From Marsupella aquatica (taxonomy: Eukaryota > Plantae > Marchantiophyta), in NCBI GenBank assembly GCA_973895155.1, contig OZ316891.1, positions 27,041,154 to 27,105,153 on the forward strand: a DNA stretch of 64,000 nt. The letters are read 5' to 3'. The notes beneath the pieces were generated by a model. The model was given only the letters and a program-made list of their open reading frames with translations. It was not told the origin of the DNA and made no database searches. Of this stretch, positions 27,437 through 36,475 are shown piece by piece. Within the stretch, counting starts at the first letter, position 1. Each line of letters starts with the position of its first letter. The position numbers and the translations under genes are program-made.

Positions 27437-27779
27437 TCAAACAATTGTGTTGGGCTTGGTGGCCTTGTAAGTCTTCTTTAGCTTTCGCAATGGAGGTTGA
27501 ATCTTGCAGTACGTCAAGGGGAACTTGATCTTTGAATCATGGAACTGCTTGGTACTTTCTCGCTTGCACAGAGAGACAGGGACTGTCGTAGTCTTCATGA
27601 TCTGGATGCAAGGGAACCGAACTCTATGACAAGAAGCCATCTCATCATACATCTGCTCTGCAGCTCCGTTTCTTGTGGTATCACAATATTCCTTGTACAT
27701 GTTGTGATAACCTGTACGACTCTGATACGTGGACCCAGATACCGAAGTTCTTAATTGTGGTGGGCTTCTTTTCGAAGAT
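27437..27779 (-). pseudogene. RPL18a: Captured last exon of 60S ribosomal protein L18a (eL20), frameshifted
   Basis: After a TACCAG acceptor: [16 protein letters not shown]-(frameshift)[14 protein letters not shown].[47 protein letters not shown]...KTYKATKPN. Confidence 0.93.
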
Positions 27780-28787
27780 CTGGTAGACACATTATTCAGC
27801 ATTTGCTAACTTCGAAACTAGAAGGGTAACACATTAAACAACAGAGAAACTCACAACATCCTCCTTTGGTCCTTCAGAGTCTGTACTTTGATTCTGAAGT
27901 TTGACTGAGTTTTTGTTTACTAAAAGAATGTGACTGTGTAAGAGTTCCATTTGGCAGTGGATTGGTTGAAGCACTTCATGCTAGTGTGTTGTCCACAGCT
28001 CTTCAACTAGCTTTCGTCTTCCTTGTCTTTCACCACTTACGATGACATCAATTCAGCTAAGACCATAGAAGGTTCCAAAGCATCTAACTTGTAAAATCGC
28101 ATTCTGTTACATCAAGGACTAAGGTGTTGGGTGCCAAAGGAGACAGCACAACAAACACGCTGAAAAGACTTCAGGACTGGGTTCAACAAGGTAGTGAAGG
28201 TGCTTAGAGCCATAGTAAGTATGCATTCTGTATCTTTCTCTGTTGATGTGAGCTTGTGCATAATGGGAGTTGTAGTTGGCAAGAGTTCCAAATATGAATA
28301 GATCCAGAAGTATGTGATCATGTACTTGCTCTATAAAGTTCTGAAGATATAAGCATTTTCTGTTAGACCAGGCAACTTGGGAGTTGGTAAGTGTCACCTG
28401 CATCTGAGGGGCTACACCGGGGCATCAGTGGAGGTTCACTTGCACAACACGACAACCAGTGAATTTTCTCTCTACTGCAACCTGCAAGGTGAGACTTTCG
28501 GTCTTTCTGGATGAAAAAACAGGAGTTTAATATGATTGATATACATGTCCGTCGAGAATATGGGTTTATCACCAAGCTCTTTGTCTTAGGAAACTCATAA
28601 ACTCAGAATCAAATATGTACTATGCACGTTTCATGCTATGTGTATACTATGACCTGTAGTTGGAACCAAGACAATGAGTGGGAACTGATTAGTTTAGGTG
28701 GTTGTTGTTGGCGAGGCAAGTCGACCTCCTGCTCACCTTGCTCATCAAAGGACGTGAACAGAGGACATCACAACGAAAGCAACACTT

Positions 28788-29237
28788 ATGGTGAGGACCC
28801 GCAACGCTGAACATGTGCGACTTGCACGCAAGGCAGAGATGTTGCGCCTTGAGTATGTCAGACTTGGGATCCTTCCAGCCCAGTCTGCATGGTACTTTGA
28901 GTACCCTGTTGTTTCCAGGAACAACTACAGTCGGCCTCTACCTGCTTCAGTACCCTTCCCGACATCCTTGGTATTTGTGTCTCTTGTACATGACCCGCCA
29001 CAAATTAGGTGCCAAGGGTGTGTACACAGTTGCCAATATGACTGTCCTGCCTGTAGGGCTTCTGGCCCAGAATTGGATGACCGTTCTCTTGGATACCGAT
29101 TTTTGCACAGAGCACAATGTATCATCTGGAACCACTCGCCATCCTGCAGTGTGCCTGGTGATGTCACTTGTCCTGCCCTCCCAGACCCCACCACCGGTGA
29201 CTTTGGTGTCTACACATGTTTGGATCACATGCTCTAG
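28788..29237 (+). CDS. CACTA cargo: 149-aa Cys/His-rich protein of unknown family
   Basis: Intact ATG-TAG ORF; MVRTR N-terminus; CQGC-H-C-CPAC-H-C-H-C-C-C-H pattern; homologue at 58851. Confidence 0.55.
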   Translation: MVRTRNAEHVRLARKAEMLRLEYVRLGILPAQSAWYFEYPVVSRNNYSRPLPASVPFPTSLVFVSLVHDPPQIRCQGCVHSCQYDCPACRASGPELDDRSLGYRFLHRAQCIIWNHSPSCSVPGDVTCPALPDPTTGDFGVYTCLDHML

Positions 29238-29852
29238 AGGACCACTTGTCACACCGCATGCACAGACCAGATACCATTGACCTATAGCTTAACACTCTGA
29301 CTTCAACACAGAGGATATTTACTTAAAATTTTGATGTATGAGCAATTTTGGGTCCAGGGTTTAGGGTCAACAGTACATAACTTATATCCTATTATGCCTG
29401 CACTAAGCAAAATATCCTAATTTAAGAGGCTAGCAAACTCGCATAAAAGTCTCTATTGAAAGACTGCTTTCATGACTGCTTTAACCTGGTGAACATTGCA
29501 ACGTTCAATGAATTAATGGGCCATGTGATAATATGAAAAATGATTTATGCCTCACTTATTTGTCTCAGCCACTATCATAACCTATTTAGGATGTATAAAT
29601 TTCAACCCTTATGACACTGCTTCATACCAATCCTCTTCGAAGAATGCCTGTTTTACATGTCACAACTATTGTATGTGATTCAAATGCATGAAATGTTGTT
29701 GCAGATCTCCTTTGGTGAATCATAGCCACAATTAAAATTGCGGTGTTGGTGGAGAAATTGTATTAGGGGATCAGTTTTGTGTGTGGGCTCAACATACCAA
29801 AAGTATGTGTGCTCTGCATCCTTGTGTGGCCATTCCAATTCATTGCAGTAGC

Positions 29853-29996
29853 AAATGCCTTTGTACCTTAAATGCTAAATATATTTTACTTTCTGTGCAG
29901 TCTGCTAAATTGTAGAGTCTATCTAAATGCCTTTGTACCTTAAATGCTAAATATATTTTACTTTCTGTACAGTCTGCTAAATTGTAGAGTCTATCT
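29853..29996. repeat. 72-bp tandem duplication immediately upstream of the PHD ORF
   Basis: AAATGCCTTTGTACC...GTAGAGTCTATCT occurs twice; also present at ~59920-60062. Confidence 0.9.
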
Positions 29997-30007
29997 CATG
30001 CGCAGGC

Positions 30008-30688
30008 ATGGCACGGCCTAAAATTCAAGCCAAAAAGCGTGTGACAGAGGTGAGAAACACAGGTGTACTTGGGGCAGATGCTACTAACTTCTCTGCAAGT
30101 CAGATTTTCCAGAAGGCAGCTCATTGTTGTGCCATTTGTGACGATGGTGGGGGCCTGGTCATTTGTGAGGGCCCTTGCATGAGGCATTTCCACCTCAACC
30201 CGGAGTCTGACCTTGCTGCAGAAAACAACTGTCCAGGGGTGGGCCTCCCGTCAACACACCAGGGAGACTGGATGTGCACTGATTGTTTGGAGAAGCAGGC
30301 TAAGTGTGCACAGTGTGGGAAGTTGGGGTCCTATGAGGGCTCTGTTAATGCTGCAGCAAATGTTAGGAAATGTCCAGACCGTTTTTGTGTGAGATTTTTC
30401 TGTTTTGAGTGTTTGCCTGCTCATGCCACAGCTTGCCCACTTCATAGGTGCAAGGCATGTGGTGAGCATGATGATGACTACTGGACTGACATAGTCCACT
30501 GTGCTAGGTGTCCCACTATGTGGCACTATCATTGCCTGAAAGATCATCAAGCAGAGGGTTATGCTTGTGACAGAGAAATCTATGATCACTCTGCACATGG
30601 TGTTGATCGATGGATATTTTATTGTCATCGCCATGCCATTGATCCTACCTCGCGCACTCCTGTGAGAGATCACATATCTTGGCTGTGA
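30008..30688 (+). CDS. CACTA cargo: stand-alone EDM2-type multi-PHD finger protein (226 aa)
   Basis: CAICDDGGGLVICEGPCMRHFH...C..C....CAQCGKLGS...C....C..FF...C...CPLHRCKAC...CARCPTMWHYHCL...IFYCHRHAIDPTSRTPVRDH parallels the EDM2 PHD region as recalled (CAICDNGG..CEGSCLRSFH...CPLHKC..C...CRRCPKSYHRKCL...IYC..HEID....TPVRDH). Confidence 0.88.
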   Translation: MARPKIQAKKRVTEVRNTGVLGADATNFSASQIFQKAAHCCAICDDGGGLVICEGPCMRHFHLNPESDLAAENNCPGVGLPSTHQGDWMCTDCLEKQAKCAQCGKLGSYEGSVNAAANVRKCPDRFCVRFFCFECLPAHATACPLHRCKACGEHDDDYWTDIVHCARCPTMWHYHCLKDHQAEGYACDREIYDHSAHGVDRWIFYCHRHAIDPTSRTPVRDHISWL

Positions 30689-31280
30689 AGCTGAACATTG
30701 TACATGCACAGTGCACCTGATGTGGATGTACTATTTTTTGAGATTGCAGAGATTCCAATTTTGAAAAGGAGTTGGGTAGGCGAGTTTATATAGGCAGCAC
30801 TTATCTTGTGCTCTGGCGTCAGTGGTTGGGTACATGCCTATACAAACTTATCCTTACAAGCCTTCTTGGAAGTATTTAGGCTGAGTGGTCATTTTCATAA
30901 ACACTTTCATCAGACTGCTAAATTAAAACAGGACTTCTAAGTTGTAAGCGTATAAATTATCAGGCATGCAATTAATCAAATTGCCCTATAAGTTTGTCAT
31001 TGAATGTATCCTCCTTTACAACAAAATATGTATGTGCCATGACAAGTTGGTTGCACTTCATTTCACCACGGATATGGATTTTGTAGTATATATTCAAACA
31101 ATGTCCTGCATCCGTGCAGGTGCCTAGTACATATTGTTCACATATCCCTTGTACCTATCAAAATCGGACCTGAGCACCAGTGGGCCAGATCAACTCAAAA
31201 AGCAGGAATTTTGTTGTCCTTGTATTGTCAGGTGAACCCATTCTTCCAAAATTCACTGTCATCACGTAGAGTGTGTGTAC

Positions 31281-32153
31281 ATGGAGCCTGGTAAACGTAG
31301 AAAGTGTGACCACCCAGCAGTGTTTACAGGGGTCAGAGCGATTTTGGTCCATGGCCAGCATGGGTTGACCAAAGTGCATTGGCCAACTGTACAGAAACGA
31401 TTCTCTGAGCTCCATGGCACTGTAGTTCAGGACATCACTCCAGAGACTACACATGTTGTTGCAGGGACATGGCTATCAGTGATAAAGAAGTGGTCATGGT
31501 CCTACATGAATTCTGCAATTACTAAGCAAGGCCTAAAAGTAGTTGAGGCCTCTTGGATCACAGATTCCATAGCACATAAGATTGTACAGGATACTGAGCA
31601 ATATGAGTTGTGGGAGGATGAAGAAGCTTCTGCATCAGCTTGGGCTGAACAAGAAGTCTGGGAAGCAAAGGCACGGCTTGCTGATCTCCAATATGGACCT
31701 GTACTCAACAAAGGACAGAGCTCTACAAGGCTGAAGTGTATGTTGGCTGAGGAGACAAAGCAACCAACCCCCATTCTGAAAGGGCTGAGCATGGTATTTG
31801 TGGAGGCAGGAATTGGAGAGGTTAAGTGCAAAGTGTACAAGTCCACAGTGCTTGACCTAGGTGGGACAGTGGAGGAGAATATAACAGAGGACACCACTCA
31901 TGTCATTACTAAGTCATATCCCAAAGCCTGTCGCAAGTTTGGGAAGGGAGACATTCGCTTTTATGTCATGTCCCATAATGTGTTTGTGGTTTCATATGCT
32001 TGGCTTGTGGAATCAGTAGCAGCTGGGAAGCGTCAAAACCCAATGGACTATGATCTTTTTGAGGCCTGGCCACGGAAGGGTCAGGATCCTTACAGAGAGG
32101 ACTATGAGACAACAAGTGAGGAATGGGTCATTAGCGATTCTGAATCAGAGTGA
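31281..32153 (+). CDS. CACTA cargo: tandem BRCT-domain protein (DNA polymerase lambda-type BRCT), ~290 aa
   Basis: Two repeats with F/L.G...V..G, GTV...IT..TTHV and W..DS/ES...Y.L motifs. The second has VEAG...KFGK...YAWLVES..AGK, resembling the plant Pol lambda N-terminal BRCT. Acidic C-tail. Confidence 0.85.
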   Translation: MEPGKRRKCDHPAVFTGVRAILVHGQHGLTKVHWPTVQKRFSELHGTVVQDITPETTHVVAGTWLSVIKKWSWSYMNSAITKQGLKVVEASWITDSIAHKIVQDTEQYELWEDEEASASAWAEQEVWEAKARLADLQYGPVLNKGQSSTRLKCMLAEETKQPTPILKGLSMVFVEAGIGEVKCKVYKSTVLDLGGTVEENITEDTTHVITKSYPKACRKFGKGDIRFYVMSHNVFVVSYAWLVESVAAGKRQNPMDYDLFEAWPRKGQDPYREDYETTSEEWVISDSESE

Positions 32154-32586
32154 GGAGTAGTAGCATCAGTTTGGACACAAGTTTTTTTGTATAAATCAGA
32201 TCATTGAAATAAATGTGATCTTTGAACTAATGTACCTTGTTATGGTTGGTGGCAGTTGGGCTTATTTTACTATTGGCGGATTGTTGTTTCCTGCTGCCTG
32301 GGGGTGTCACTGTAAACGTACATGCAGAGGCGGTACATTTGAGGACAGCGGAGGAGGTGGTGACACCCTCCAACATTTAGGAATTTTGTGTCATTCACTT
32401 GACAATAGGTACACTACTTGCGAACCTGTTTTTTTCTTTTGGGGTGGTTTAGGGTTTGTGAGAATTTAGTACACGTTATGTTAACTCTTTTGGCAGATAC
32501 AGTCAGGGATATATGGAACACAAATACCACCATTAGGCATCCTTGTTCACTGCTGTCCATGACTGCAGAGCTCCCAGCCTGTTACA

Positions 32587-35500
32587 ATGCACCCTGGTCA
32601 CCACCCTCCCCAGACCCAGCCCAGGGCACAGGCACTGCCTTTGCATCATCCCACAAGGATATCACGCCATGATAATAAGCTTTGGCAGCGTGAAAGGTTA
32701 CGAACCAGACTTTCAGGAGCCAGTAGGATGAGATGTCCTTGTGCAATCTGCCAAGGATCCCGTACCAGGGGTCTGAATGAGGTTTGGCGGCATATCGCGG
32801 TTCATGGAAGAGATCCACGACATCGAGTTTGGAATGATCCTGCAGAGGAAGATTCTTCCGACGAGGAGTGGAGGTTAGAATTTGATGCTGCCAATGCTGC
32901 AAGACGGGCAAGTGAGGTTCTGCCTGGTGCATTTGAAAATGTTGTAGCTGGTGGTCTGTGGGTTGTCAGCTCTCCAACGGGATGGTGCTCAGGCAGCACC
33001 ACGTGACGAAGGAATTCATGTGGAAGAGATGGTGAGAGACATCTTCCAAGACTTGGATGCATTTCATGATGGGCTGGACAATGAAGAGGATACGGCTGCA
33101 GATGCAAGTGTGCCCCCTGTCGAAGAGCCTCTTGATGAGTTTGAGATAGGGCAGGAAACCCCTGGGCATGATGGGATGTTTGGCTCTCCCCTGCAAATAC
33201 AGGAAGGCAGGAAGTCTTTGTACCCCGGTAGCAAATGTTCTAAACTGGGATTTGTCATCATGTTCCTGAACATTTGCGGCAACCACAATGTCCCCAACAT
33301 TTTGGTTTCTGAGTTGTTGGCATTCTTGCGAACAACTGTGCTACCAGATGGTAATATTTTGCCCAAGAACATGTACGAGGCAAAAAGATGCATATCTAAT
33401 CTTGGATTGAACTATGATTCGATCCATGCCTGTCCTGATGGGCATGTTCTTTTCAGAAAGGAGTATAAAGAATCGTTGACATGCCCTAAGTGTGGGAAGC
33501 ATAGGTATCGGAACTCAGGAAAGTCTATGGTTCCCGCCAAGGTACTTCGTCATTTTCCACTCATTCCCAGACTTCAACGGATGTTCAGAAGCCGTGCCAT
33601 CTCGGAGATGATGACTTGGGCAACTGACAAGAAAAGTGATGATGGGCTACAACGACATGCTGCAGATTCAAGGCAATGGAAACTCATAGATGAGATGTAT
33701 CCCGAATTTGCTGCTGAGCCGAGGAATGTCAGACTTGGGCTGTCATTGGATGGGGTAAACCCATTTGGAGACAAGAACAACAAATTTTCGTGCTGGCCTG
33801 TAACTATTTTGAATTATAACCTTCCTCCTTGGATGACTACAAAGCGATTTTTTGTTCTGATGGTCCTACTGATACCAGGGCCAGACAGTGCTGTATCTGC
33901 CAACATAGATGTGTTTCTGGCTCCCCTAGTGGAGGAATTGAGAAAGCTTTGGGAGGAAGGAGTTCTCACATATGATGTCCTACAGAGGCTTGGGAGGTTA
34001 AACCCATTCATCCTTAGAGCCATTGTCATTCTGACTATAGCTGACTACCCAGCCCATGGGATGATATCAGGCCAAACAACAAAAGGATATTGTGCTTGTA
34101 CTACTTGTGGGCGCAATGTCACCAGTGAGTACTCCAGAGCCCTGCAGAAAGTGATATACATGGGCCATCGTTGTTTTTTGAAGGCAGATCACCCTTACAG
34201 AGAAAGACAAGCACTGATTGCACACTTTGGCAATGAGATTGAGCAACGTGGACCCCCGGCACGAGTGACCAAAGAGGAGATCAGGCAGTGGGGAGCACTG
34301 AGGGATGACTATATCAAACGAGGGGGCAGGGAAGATGGAGTGAGTGATCCAATAAAGCGATATGGTGTAAAAAGACTGAGCATATTGGACTTGGAGCTCA
34401 AGTACTGGAGGGTAAGCCTCTTGGAGTTGATGCTAATTGGGATACATGTTTTGGTTCAGAGCATGTGCATTCATTTCGAAGAGAGAGACTAAACTTGAGG
34501 CATTTCCTGACGCTTTTGCATTGCAACGATGCAGGAGTTTGAGCCAAGCAAACATAACATTGATGTTATGCACATTGAAAAGAATATTTGTGAGAGTCTA
34601 CTCAGATTCTTGTGTGGAGAGAAAGACACTGGTTCAGTGAGATTGGATCTTGAACAGAGGGGAATGAAACCCCATCTTTGGTTGAGGCCACATGCCCACA
34701 GAGCTGATGTGCTCTTGAAGTACCAAGCGCCCTATGTTCTGACAGACACAGAGTGGGAACTATTTGTGCAGAGGTTGAGTTCTTTGAAGGTTCCTTCAAA
34801 CTATGGCAGTGCTTTCAAGAAGCATATCATGAATAGAAAGCTTGGTAGTATGAAAAGCCATGACTACCATATGTTGATGCAACAGGTGTTGCCTTTATGC
34901 CTGAGGGGCCTGTTGCAGAAGCCTGTTCGTACTGTGATCATGCGACTCAGTGATGTGTTTCGTCGTATTTGTGTGAAGGTTTGGGATGAAACACACTTCC
35001 CACAACTGACAGAAGATATCGCTCAGGTGCTGTGTGACCTGGAGATTTATTTTCCTCCCGCATTTTTTGATGTCATGACCCACCTACTTGTCCATGTTGT
35101 GGAAGAGCTACACCAATTTGGGCCTGTGAGTGCTCGTTGGTTGTACCCTTTGGAACGGTACATGAAGCTACTCAAAGGTCACGTGAGAACATATTACAAA
35201 CCTGAAGCAAGCATGGCTAAAGGTTACATCAAGGATGAGACTCTGGGATTTCTGACCGAATACATAGCACAATATGAGCATGTGAAGACCAGGGTGTGGA
35301 ATTCTGATGAGGAGGAAGGGGTGATAGGTGAAGTACTGGAAGGGGCTGCAACCACAAAGAACCTGACCATATCTATGAGAGACTTGGCACATGACTTTGT
35401 ATTGCACAACACTGTGGTGATGGAACCCTAGATACAGTGAGTGCATACATGTGCTATAATCCAGTTCATGAGCTTAAATGTTGTGTTCGTGTGGTTTTCT

Positions 35501-36319
35501 CCTTCAACCTGTTCATGTTTACCCAAGCTAATGCTGTGTGGTTGTTTGTTTAGGGAGTATGAGTCATTGAAGGCGGCCCATCCCACTGCAGGAACAACTT
35601 TTCCAGGTTTCATGGAGTGGATCAGAGTGGCAATTAGAGAGCATCACGAGACCCACCCAGACATGGATGCAGATGTTTACCTACTGTCTAATGCCCCTAG
35701 CCTGAAAGTGAAGACTTACAAACGGATGAGAGCATATGGGAATCACTTCCGAGTGAAGGATGGTGACAGTGCCTACAGGGTGACGAATGACTGCGGGCTC
35801 ATCACTGTATTTGAGCAACAGAGCCACAATCACGACAGGGCCTGGATGGAGATGGGATATGTGGGAGAATTAGTTGACATATGGGCTTTGGACTATGGGG
35901 CGGTGTCCAGTCCTGTGATTCTTATGAAAGGTTCATGGGTGCGGCAGGATTGGCTTGGTAAGAGGGCTACCATGAAGAGAGACAACGACGGTTTCTTGCT
36001 GGCCAATTTCAGAGGAAAATTGCCCGAATGGTCTGAGCCATTTGTGTTTCCTAGTCAGGTGGAGCAAGCTTTCTTCCTGGATGTGGAAGACTCCCCAGGT
36101 TGGCGTGTAGTGTGTCATAAACAGGCCAGGCAACGTCAGATGGAAGGATCAAACCTTGAGTTTCATTTACACTCTCATAGTGCCTTTGATCGTCGGCGTT
36201 CAGACCAAGTGCCTGTAGTTCATGATAGCGGGGACTTCATTCCTGTGACAAGGGTAGATGCATTTGCTGAAGGAGGCGAATTCAGAGATGCAGATGCCAA
36301 CAGTGTGCCTGTGCCATGA
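32587..36319 (+). pseudogene. CACTA TnpD/Tnp2 transposase (transposase-associated, Transposase_21, DUF4218, DUF4216 domains); introns 34412-34534 and ~35437-35553; frameshift near 32950 and TAG at 35429-35431
   Basis: Motifs CPCAIC..H, IHACPDG, FAAEPRNVRLGLSLDGVNPF, YNLPPW, IDVFLAPLVEELRKLW, DVMHIEKNICES, MKSHDYH, FPPAFFDVMTHLLVH, WLYPLERYM, EPFVFPSQVEQAFF. Confidence 0.95.
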
Positions 36320-36475
36320 GTAATGTGAATTGTTTGCATGGACATTAGTGAGGGGAAGGATGTGTAATAAAGTAATTCTGAAGCAACACAGATGTATGGA
36401 TGGATGCCTGGTGATTGTGGTTGCATTGTGTTATACGGGGTGACCATAGATGACATGTTTTTGTGGTCCAGTAGG

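Noticed and set aside
30251-30709. 152-aa antisense ORF conserved in both CACTA copies
   Set aside because: It overlaps the PHD gene; conservation is explained by the high overall identity of the copies.
22790-32460. Scattered AAACCCTA/TTTAGGG motifs as interstitial telomere
   Set aside because: Only 1-2 units each; consistent with telo-box motifs or chance.
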